Below are positions 57,118 to 64,000 of a stretch of 64,000 nucleotides of DNA, in pieces. The notes beneath the pieces were generated by a model. That model saw only the letters and a list, made by a program, of their open reading frames with translations. It made no database searches and had not been told where the DNA came from. The stretch lies in NCBI GenBank assembly GCA_964547345.1, contig CAZJMX010000004.1, positions 5,442-69,441 on the forward strand. The letters run 5' to 3'. This DNA comes from an uncultured Smithella sp. GTDB lineage: Bacteria > Desulfobacterota > Syntrophia > Syntrophales > Smithellaceae. Position numbers and translations under genes: made by a program. Positions within the stretch are counted from its first letter, which is position 1. Every line of letters starts with the position of its first letter.

Positions 57118-57250
57118 CTTTATCGTATTATCGCATTTTATTACAAGATGTTACATCTGTCGCTTAGTTGTATTGGCGAAAGTCCTGTCCTTGTCCCTTT
57201 CTGTCATGTCAAAAAACTGTTTTTCTTCTTCATTCTCCAACTGTTCTTTT

Positions 57251-57556
57251 TTAGACCCCTCTCTTGCCATCTTTACTTTTCAAAGTGTTTTCCAATAGAG
57301 TCGCTGAGATGATTACTGCACTATTTTCAAACCCATGGAACCAACACTTCATGGCCTCATTGTAGAACACATAAAATTCCTTATTTGAAGGCTCGATATT
57401 TATAAAGGTTGGAATAAGTTCCTTAGCTCGTTCAGTATATTTATCTAAATCATCAAAAACAATACCACCGTATCCTCCTGACAGAATTTCATCCCAGATA
57501 TCTTCTCCTGAGTAAATTTCGAATAATCTTTCAATCGCAAATTTATATGCATCTTT
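57251..57556 (-). pseudogene. 5'-truncated gene remnant between the two IS elements (possible DUF4145-like C-terminal region)
   Basis: The minus-strand frame is open for 101 codons (KDAYKFAIERLFEIYSGEDIWDEIL...YNEAMKCWFHGFENSAVIISATLLENTLKSKDGKRGV) and is cut at its 5' side by the IS4-like end, with an in-frame TGA inside the IR. No start codon with an RBS. Confidence 0.4.
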
Positions 57557-57557
57557 T

Positions 57558-58886
57558 CACTACTGTCCGGAATAATCCGTGAATAAGTTTAGCTGGTTAC
57601 TGTTTTCGTCCATGTCACTTGTGTAATAATAGAATGTAAGTAGCTGAAACATGGATGCTCTTTCAAATAGTGAGATACTCAAAACCTGTAAAATTGTGTA
57701 GAGACTTTCCTGGAGATTCAACCGTTTTCTGATGATCTCCACAATCAGATAGACGGAAATAGCAATCCAGATTTGGGTTTTCACCGCGTTCTCCGAAGTG
57801 CCGAAAAAGCTCTTGATGCGTAGGTGTTGTTTGATCCATTTGAAGAATAGCTCCACCTGCCATCGTTGTTTGTAAAGCTGGGGATGGTGATGGCGGGCAG
57901 AAGAAAGTTGTTGGTCAGAAACACCAAGGTTTTGTTGGTCTCGGCGTCGTAATATCTCACCCGACGGAGTTTGTCGGGATAATCCCCGGCTGACTTCACA
58001 ACGGTCAGTAGGATGGATTGGTCGCACACAACCCCTGTGGATTTGTCCACTGGATGGGAATAAAGCCTGCGACTCTTGAGATTGGACTTGGCTCGGATCA
58101 CGAAGAAAGCAGAGGCTTGGGTAACAGCATAAAGTCTGGAGAAATCCGTGTAGCCGCGATCCATGATGTAGAAAGCGCCTGCTTCCATAGGAATGATGTC
58201 CAGAACGTTGACCTCGTGGAGTTTTCCGTCGGAGATGTGGATGAAGCTCGGGATATTGCCCCGCAGATCCAGCAGGGTATGAAGTCGGACGGCCCCCTTT
58301 GCTGTCCGGAAGTGTGCCCAGGGAAAAATGGACAGGCACAGATCGATCGTCGTTGCATCCAGGGCGTAAACCGTGTTTTGAAGTTCCACTGCCAACGGTT
58401 CCTTCTGGTAGAGTTTCCTGGCGATGCCGATCAGATGATGGGCAAAAAAGGCGTAGATGCGCCAGTCCCGCATCTCGTTCGCTTCCGCCAGGGTGCTGCG
58501 GGAAACCTTGCTGCGGATGCCCATGTGATAGAGCTTGTTGTTTTGTGCCCGAAGGCAGGCTTCGATGTCCCGCAAGCTCTCCCGATACGTCAGTTGTGCG
58601 AAAGCCATAATGCGGAACTGGTCCAGGCAGGTGAAATTTTTGACGCTGAAGTTGCCTTGGTACTTCTCCACGCAGCGCTGAAAGGTTTTCAACGGCATGA
58701 AGTTCATGACTTGGGTAAATACAAGCGGGCCTGTATACATGAGCACTCCTTCCCGGAAATATTCTTCGGGAAGGTTTACTAGTTCCGCTATGCATTTTCA
58801 AGTCGAGGACAAACATAAATAGTATCTTTCATGAAATATGTTAAGCTTTTACAAATTTTATGTACTAACTATTCCGGACAGCAGTG
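57558..58886 (-). mobile_element. IS4-family insertion sequence (1329 bp), no target duplication visible
   Basis: Terminal IRs: CACTACTGTCCGGAATAAT (57558-57576) versus the reverse complement of 58868-58886, CACTGCTGTCCGGAATAGT (17/19 match). The flanks TATGCATCTTTT and TTATAAACATT share no direct repeat. Confidence 0.8.
57560..58746 (-). pseudogene. IS4-family DDE transposase, frameshifted
   Basis: The N-terminal roughly 290 aa lie in frame of ORF 57781..58746 (…FAQLTYRESLRDIEACL…YALDATTIDL…IMDRGYTDF…FLTNNFLLPAITI). The conserved C-terminus QLYKQRWQVELFFKWIKQHLRIKSFFGTSENAVKTQIW lies in the other frame (tail of ORF 57560..58816). The switch is at the CCCC run, 57880-57883. Confidence 0.8.
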
Positions 58887-59063
58887 TTATAAACATTAAA
58901 CAATCATCACATTATGATGCATCCATACTACATTTCACAAACGAATCATTCAATCATCTTCTATTTTTGGAGTCATGCCATCATTTTCAGACAGCATCCT
59001 TAATGGCCATCGGCAACCCTTGTATATTTTCACAATTCCACATAATTATTACTTAACAATATC

Positions 59064-59096
59064 AATTACATATTAATATATTCTTAATATGTAATT
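59064..59096. repeat. perfect 13-bp inverted repeat with 7-nt spacer followed by a T run (operator or weak terminator)
   Basis: AATTACATATTAA-TATATTC-TTAATATGTAATT, then TTTTT. It lies about 110 nt upstream of the ATG at 59206. Confidence 0.7.
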
Positions 59097-59205
59097 TTTT
59101 TCATCCGCTGGCATGCGACTTGAAAATGAATTATTCAAAGAAATAACGGACAATAACTAAATGTTTCATAAACAGTCACATTAAAATCATAAAGGAGTAC
59201 GCAAT

Positions 59206-59661
59206 ATGAGATTGCAAAGAAGACAGGAAAGAATAAGCGTAATAGCTCATCCGGCTCATTTATTAACAATAATGGAACCGGACATGGATTGCGATGATAT
59301 TTTTTATGAAAAATCTCAATTTCATCACTTGCTTCACGTTGAAAAAATGCGTGCAGAAAGATCACAAAAGCCTCTTTTATTAATGCTTCTAGACATTTCG
59401 ACCATCATGAGTAATGGGGCATCGAGTAATACCCCTGCCAAAATCAAAGCAGCTCTTAGCCCCTCCTTGAGAGAAGTTGATATTCGAGGCTGGTATAGTA
59501 GCAACCAAACAATTGGCGTTATCTTCACGGAGATATCATCTATTGATTCCAATGCGATTGAAGTGATTGTTCGAAAAATTCATCGACGTTTTTCCGAAAG
59601 CCTCGACCAGGAATTAATGAATAAGATCAATATATTTTTTCATATTTACCCCAAAATGTAG
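59206..59661 (+). CDS. small degenerate GGDEF-like (diguanylate-cyclase-fold) protein, A-site lost, RxxD I-site retained
   Basis: 151 aa. AAAGGAG lies 8 nt before the ATG. Manual alignment to the GGDEF consensus: F..LL..E..RAERS.KPLLLMLLDIS (DxD region), then LREVDIRGWY-SSNQT-IGVIF, where REVD = RxxD and SSNQT replaces GG(D/E)EF. Confidence 0.55.
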   Translation: MRLQRRQERISVIAHPAHLLTIMEPDMDCDDIFYEKSQFHHLLHVEKMRAERSQKPLLLMLLDISTIMSNGASSNTPAKIKAALSPSLREVDIRGWYSSNQTIGVIFTEISSIDSNAIEVIVRKIHRRFSESLDQELMNKINIFFHIYPKM

Positions 59662-59679
59662 TTGGGCTTGAGAAGGTGC

Positions 59680-61665
59680 ATGAAAACAATTAAAAAACAG
59701 ATATGGATATTATTAGTCGTTGCCTGTTGTACCCTCTATTCAGCAACCTTTCTTTTCGCACAGGATCATTCCCCTTATTCTGTCATGCGACCGGATTCTA
59801 TTACACTTCAGAGGTGGGTCAATGAATATGAGACTTCACGGAAAGCGTCCATTAATCATAGCCTTAAGATAAACTTAATGCGGTCTTCTATACAGACTTC
59901 TCCGACATCCGTCAATTTGCTTGATCGGCTCAGCTATTCACCGGATGAAAGGAACCAAGGCAGCTGCGGCAACTGCTGGGTGTGGGCGGCAACAGGTTTA
60001 ATTGAACTTTCCCTCTTCGAACAAACGGGAATCAAGGATAATCTTTCAATAGAATTTCTGGATGTTTGTAACGCAAAGGCAAACGCTTGTAGCGGCGGAT
60101 GGCTCTCTGACTTCCGAAATTTTTATCATTCCAAAAACTTCACCATCTCGTCCTCAAATTCCGGTGCGCGTTACACTGGCCAAAGCTTCAGCGCATCGCG
60201 TTGCTCAGCGGTTGCCGTTCAGCCAAATTACTCTTTCTCAAATATTGCCAGTGAAGCGACGACTATTCCAACGACTAAGCTTGACACTTCCACCGCCATC
60301 TTAAATATTAAAAATATCCTTCAGCAGAAAAAAGGTGTCTGGTTTAGCTTTTTTCTTCCGAATGCGGAAGCCTGGAATGATTTCCGTAATTTTTGGGCCA
60401 ACCAGCCGGATTCAACACTTTGGAACCAGGACGAATACTGCGGTTCCGAATATACGGAGTCAGGCGGCGGCCATGCCGTATTGATTGTCGGTTATAACGA
60501 CGATGACCCCAATCCGAATAATCATTACTGGATTGCCCTCAACAGTTGGGGAAAAAACGCACTTAGGCCAAAGGGAACATTTCGCATCCGCATGAACATA
60601 AACTATCAATGCCGCTATAATGCTTTGCAAGCCCTGTATTTCCTGACACTGGATGTCGATTACTGCAACTATACACTGCAACCGACGGGCCGCGAGCTGG
60701 CCTCAAATTCAAACAATGGAAGTATTACCGTAACGTCATCCGCACATTCATGCTACTGGAACGCCTCCAGTCCAAATTCCTGGATCACGGTGAATTCTCC
60801 AAGCTCAACTAATGGCAGTTCTCTGGTTTCCTATACCGTTGCTGAAAATGAAGGGACTTCCTCCAGAACCGGCACCATACACATCGGCGGAAAAATATTT
60901 ACTATCACACAACATGGGCAACCGCTTGCTGTCACAAATGCCAGTCCTGTAAATCATTCAGATGGGGTATCCGTCAGCCCTACCATCAGCGTTACTTTCA
61001 ATAAAGATATTAATCCCGCAACACTCCATCAAGGATCTTTTACATTAAGTGGCAACATTTCCGGCGCGATTAGATACGACTACGCCTCACGCACCGCCTA
61101 TTTCACACCCAACAGCCAATTGGCTTCATCCACTCCTTATACGGCTGCTATCACAGCCGATGTGAAGGACAATGACGGGGACGCTTTGTCACAACCTTAT
61201 TCCTGGACATTTACAACCAGAACATCCGTGCCCTCAAATGCGGAAAATGCAGCTGGTGGCGCAGCCGGTGGTGGAGGTGGTGGCTGCTTTATTGCTACGG
61301 CAGCATTCGGCTCTCCGATGGAAAAACATGTTACGATCTTAAGAAAATTTCGAGACAAACATTTACTAACCCACACGCCGGGAAGGTTATTTGTGGCTTT
61401 CTATTACAAATATTCTCCGCCGATTGCGAATTTCATCAGCGAAAGCGGTATGTTAAAATTGATCGTCCGCTCTTGCTTGATGCCTTTCATCATCTTTTCG
61501 GGTTGTGTTATGCAATATGGTATGTTGTTAACGGTCATGCTGACGTTGACTTTTCTGATTTTAACAACGTCCGCACTGATATACCGCAAACAGGTTATGG
61601 ATACGTGCGTTCGCAGGCGCAATAAATATTCAAGATCAGATGAAGTAACAAAGCGTTCGGAATGA
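59680..61665 (+). CDS. secreted papain-like (C1 family) cysteine protease with BACON-like and SbsA-type Ig-like domains and a CFI-box-like C-terminal membrane anchor
   Basis: Signal peptide [29 protein letters not shown] (the track ORF starts at TTG 59662). Catalytic [35 protein letters not shown]-like CNYTL...WITVNSP...[16 protein letters not shown]. Ig-like [23 protein letters not shown]...YSWTFTT. Gly run, then [28 protein letters not shown]...[12 protein letters not shown], plus 2 TM segments. Confidence 0.85.
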   Translation: MKTIKKQIWILLVVACCTLYSATFLFAQDHSPYSVMRPDSITLQRWVNEYETSRKASINHSLKINLMRSSIQTSPTSVNLLDRLSYSPDERNQGSCGNCWVWAATGLIELSLFEQTGIKDNLSIEFLDVCNAKANACSGGWLSDFRNFYHSKNFTISSSNSGARYTGQSFSASRCSAVAVQPNYSFSNIASEATTIPTTKLDTSTAILNIKNILQQKKGVWFSFFLPNAEAWNDFRNFWANQPDSTLWNQDEYCGSEYTESGGGHAVLIVGYNDDDPNPNNHYWIALNSWGKNALRPKGTFRIRMNINYQCRYNALQALYFLTLDVDYCNYTLQPTGRELASNSNNGSITVTSSAHSCYWNASSPNSWITVNSPSSTNGSSLVSYTVAENEGTSSRTGTIHIGGKIFTITQHGQPLAVTNASPVNHSDGVSVSPTISVTFNKDINPATLHQGSFTLSGNISGAIRYDYASRTAYFTPNSQLASSTPYTAAITADVKDNDGDALSQPYSWTFTTRTSVPSNAENAAGGAAGGGGGGCFIATAAFGSPMEKHVTILRKFRDKHLLTHTPGRLFVAFYYKYSPPIANFISESGMLKLIVRSCLMPFIIFSGCVMQYGMLLTVMLTLTFLILTTSALIYRKQVMDTCVRRRNKYSRSDEVTKRSE

Positions 61666-61671
61666 ATGACT

Positions 61672-62280
61672 CTATTGATGCACATAGTTTTCCAGGGAGG
61701 ATAAATGATTTTCGAGCAACTGCCAAAGCTCTTCTTTCCCCCTTTGTGTTTTCGCTGAAAAAAGGATCGTTTTGTTCCGAACGCTACCCCCCAACGCTTT
61801 TTCGATGAGACGTTTTTGCACAAAAGCCTGATTATTGGATAATTTATCCGCTTTTGTTAAGATATAAATATAGGGTATGTGATAATGATCAAGCCAGTTG
61901 CGAAGGGATAAATCATCTTCGCTGGGATTCCGGCGAAGATCCAGAATAAAAATAACGATAGCCAAATTCTGCCTTTCCCGCAGATACGCTTCAATCATAT
62001 CACCCCAATCTTTTTTCACGGATTGGGAAACTTTAGCAAATCCATAACCAGGCAAATCAACGAAGGATATTTTTTCATTGATGGTGAAGAAATTGATCAA
62101 TTGCGTTCGCCCGGGCGTGTTACTGGTTTTAGCCAGATTCTTACGCCCGACCAGCGCGTTGATCAACGATGACTTTCCGACGTTGGAGCGCCCCACGAAG
62201 GCAATTTCCGGCAAAATCCCCGGCGGATACTGCGGAGGCCAAACGGCGCTTTTGATAAATTCTGCACTGGTCATTTTCAT
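61672..62280 (-). CDS. engB: ribosome biogenesis GTP-binding protein YihA/EngB
   Basis: 202 aa. GRSNVGKSSLINAL, DLPGYGFA, TKADKL. Confidence 0.92.
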   Translation of the reverse strand: MKMTSAEFIKSAVWPPQYPPGILPEIAFVGRSNVGKSSLINALVGRKNLAKTSNTPGRTQLINFFTINEKISFVDLPGYGFAKVSQSVKKDWGDMIEAYLRERQNLAIVIFILDLRRNPSEDDLSLRNWLDHYHIPYIYILTKADKLSNNQAFVQKRLIEKALGGSVRNKTILFSAKTQRGKEELWQLLENHLSSLENYVHQ

Positions 62281-62284
62281 CTAT

Positions 62285-63670
62285 TTATTCACGCTCAAAA
62301 GAAATGCCATATTTTTCAAGTTTACGTTCGAAGGTGGGACGGGAGATGCCCAGTGTTTCACAAATTTCCCCTTTATTCATGGTTGTTTCTTTGATAATTT
62401 TACGGATATAGCGCTCTTCAATCTGATCAAGAGTTAAATATTTACCAGGTTCGTCCGTTTTAAAGATATCCGCAGTCTCCTCTTTTAGTGTAGTCGTACA
62501 GGGATCATCTTTCCCCAGTTCGGGGAAGTCACTGACACCCAGCACCTGCCCTTTGGCAACAACACAAGCTCTCACCAGAAGATTTTCCAGTTCACGGATA
62601 TTGCCCGGCCACGAATAAGTCGTAAACTTATCCATCATTTCGCCGGAAACACCGACAATTTTTTTATGTAAATCGAGATTGATCTTTGACAGCAGATAAT
62701 CGATCAACGGTGGAATATCCTGCCTGCGGGTGCGAAGTGGCGGCAAAGTAATCGCGACGATGTTCAAACGATAATACAGATCGTCTCTGAATTTTCCTTC
62801 CTTAACCATCAATTTTAAGTCTTTATTGGTTGCAGCCATAATCCGGGCGTGGACTTTAACTCTGTCCTTACCCCCAACTCGTTCGAATTCCATTTCCTGC
62901 AAGACACGCAATAGTTTGGCCTGAAGATTAACGGACATTTCACTAATTTCATCCAGAAAGACCGTGCCGAAACGCGCCAGTTCAAATTTGCCCAGTTTTC
63001 TCGCGACGGCGCCCGTGAAAGATCCCTTTTCATGACCAAATAATTCTGATTCCAGAAGCGTTTCAACAATCGCAGAACAGTTGACGGCGATATACGGTTC
63101 ATCCGGCGATGTATTGTTATGAATGACCTTGGCAATTAACTCTTTGCCGGTGCCGCTTTCACCCTGAATCAGCACCGTGGTGCGGCTTTTGGAAACAGTG
63201 CCGACCGTCTTGAAGATCTCCCGCATTTCGTTTCCGGTTCCGATAATATCTCCCACCCGGAAACTGCGGGACGGCTCCATCAGAAGGCCGTCTATTTTTT
63301 TCTCCATTTCCAGAGATTTCAGCGCCTTTTTAATAGCGATATCCAGTTCATCGACATTGACCGGTTTATGTATATAGTCAAATGCGCCACCCTTCATTGC
63401 ATTGATCGTCGTTTCCATGTCATGGAAGGCGGTGATCATGATGACTTTGACATTTTCATTTTCTTCCTTGAGATCTTCTAGCACGGAAAACCCGTCCACA
63501 TCCGGCAGGCGGATATCCAGAATCACAACATCCGACGGATCCTGAACATACTTATTCAAACCATCCGTACCTGTCAGCGCGGTTCGAACAGTGTAACCTT
63601 CTTCCGTCAAATACAAATCCAGTGTTTCGACAATTGAAGCATCATCATCGATTACAAGAATACTCGCCAT
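62285..63670 (-). CDS. sigma-54-dependent response regulator (NtrC family: REC + AAA+ + Fis-type HTH)
   Basis: 461 aa. ILVIDDD...DIRLPDVDG...K, GESGTGKE, GSFTGA (GAFTGA variant), ELENL. The C-terminal HTH is ETLGISRPTFERKL. Confidence 0.93.
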   Translation of the reverse strand: MASILVIDDDASIVETLDLYLTEEGYTVRTALTGTDGLNKYVQDPSDVVILDIRLPDVDGFSVLEDLKEENENVKVIMITAFHDMETTINAMKGGAFDYIHKPVNVDELDIAIKKALKSLEMEKKIDGLLMEPSRSFRVGDIIGTGNEMREIFKTVGTVSKSRTTVLIQGESGTGKELIAKVIHNNTSPDEPYIAVNCSAIVETLLESELFGHEKGSFTGAVARKLGKFELARFGTVFLDEISEMSVNLQAKLLRVLQEMEFERVGGKDRVKVHARIMAATNKDLKLMVKEGKFRDDLYYRLNIVAITLPPLRTRRQDIPPLIDYLLSKINLDLHKKIVGVSGEMMDKFTTYSWPGNIRELENLLVRACVVAKGQVLGVSDFPELGKDDPCTTTLKEETADIFKTDEPGKYLTLDQIEERYIRKIIKETTMNKGEICETLGISRPTFERKLEKYGISFERE

Positions 63671-63730
63671 AATCTCAACCTTCGTTCTTCCATAGAATTG
63701 CTGTGTGTCATTATCCGTGTTTGGATTTTA

Positions 63731-64000
63731 TTAGTTTCTCTGCACGCGGCGTCTTTCACTACAGGGCAAAGTTACACATACCTTCGTTCCTTTGTCCTTC
63801 TCGCTGATAATCTCGAGTTTTCCCTGATGCACTTCCACAATTTTCATCACCTGGGAAAGCCCAAGACCCGTGCCATATTTTTTCTTTGTGAAAAACGGGT
63901 TAAACAGATGCGGCATATCCGCCTCTTCAATACCGCAACCATTATCTTCCACGACGACAAGAACAGAAGGCGGCTGACTGCCGATACTGCGGGCGTAAAT
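63731..64000 (-). CDS. sensor histidine kinase, C-terminal HATPase_c part only (N-terminus beyond window end)
   Basis: The frame is open to base 64000. VVVEDNGCGI, FNPFFTKKKYGTGLGLS (G1/G2 boxes). Confidence 0.85.
   Translation of the reverse strand: MYARSIGSQPPSVLVVVEDNGCGIEEADMPHLFNPFFTKKKYGTGLGLSQVMKIVEVHQGKLEIISEKDKGTKVCVTLPCSERRRVQRN

Larger units (their letters stand above)
55270..57187. mobile_element. outer MITE-like element (about 133 bp without the inserted IS) defined by 21-bp terminal inverted repeats
   Basis: CAGAACTTTCGCCAATAGAAC (55270-55290) versus the reverse complement of 57167-57187, CAGGACTTTCGCCAATACAAC (19/21 match). Alternatively, these are the true ends of the IS. 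Confidence 0.4.

Noticed and set aside
57560-58816. 418-aa minus-strand ORF overlapping the IS4-like transposase
   Set aside because: Only its C-terminal ~110 aa (QLYKQRWQVELFFKWIKQ...) are real transposase sequence. The remainder is an out-of-frame read-through (Pro/Arg/Gly/Ser-rich) of the N-terminal transposase region. It is explained by a frameshift in one gene, not by a second gene.
58838-59056. 72-aa plus-strand ORF (MLSFYKFYVLTIPDSS...)
   Set aside because: It starts inside the IS4-like terminal repeat, runs through AT-rich non-coding DNA, and has no RBS and a low-complexity composition.
59135-59365. 76-aa minus-strand ORF
   Set aside because: It is antisense to the RBS and 5' end of the GGDEF-like gene. 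It has no RBS, and the plus-strand gene has much better support.
61252-61284. GGTGGTGGAGGTGGTGGC-type short repeat, a possible slippage-prone microsatellite
   Set aside because: It encodes the Gly linker before the CFI-box and uses mixed Gly codons. There is no evidence of phase variation from a single sequence.

Overview
This is a chromosomal window with about 60 protein genes, 2 tRNAs, no rRNA and no CRISPR array. From gene content alone (inference), it looks like core genome of an anaerobic Desulfobacterota-type (deltaproteobacterial) organism.

Gene order:
- recG (partial, missing from the ORF track because it runs off the edge)
- purM-purN-CrtI-like-pfk
- rpmB
- DUF4911 pair
- transglutaminase-like protein
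- recJ
- a minus-strand Liv-type ABC importer operon interleaved with two adenylate-forming ligases (12.3-20.7 kb)
- gltA-fhs-ACT protein
- hemolysin III and an FG-GAP protein
- tRNA-Met(CAU)
- alpha/beta hydrolase, Nudix protein, HAD remnant, PMM/PGM
- OmpA-like lipoprotein
- a long minus-strand housekeeping string: psd-pssA-rsmD-coaD-purF-like-ispG-proS-rel-amidase-rph-rdgB-tRNA-Pro
- a glutaredoxin-like/FTR-like pair plus an orphan sigma region-4 protein
- cmk-rpsA-sppA-ihfB-ech
- M48/TPR protease, adk, lepA, hemW
- an accessory patch at 55.3-61.7 kb
- engB, a sigma54 response regulator, and a histidine kinase (partial)

The accessory patch holds an IS1634-family IS that appears nested in a MITE-like element, gene debris, a frameshifted IS4-family IS, and an AT-rich two-gene cassette.

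Most interesting candidates, all unverified without searches:
1. A Phe/Tyr-rich 31-codon leader ORF with terminator and antiterminator pairings in front of the importer/ligase operon.
2. The IS-flanked cassette, which encodes a short degenerate GGDEF-like protein (I-site RxxD kept, GGDEF lost) and a secreted papain-like protease with BACON-like and Ig-like domains and a CFI-box-like C-terminal anchor.
3. A stand-alone RpoD-like region 4.2 protein with a Cys-rich N-terminus next to a glutaredoxin/FTR-like redox pair.
4. A PurF homolog without the N-terminal Cys nucleophile.
5. A stop-free codon-aligned antisense frame across all of proS.
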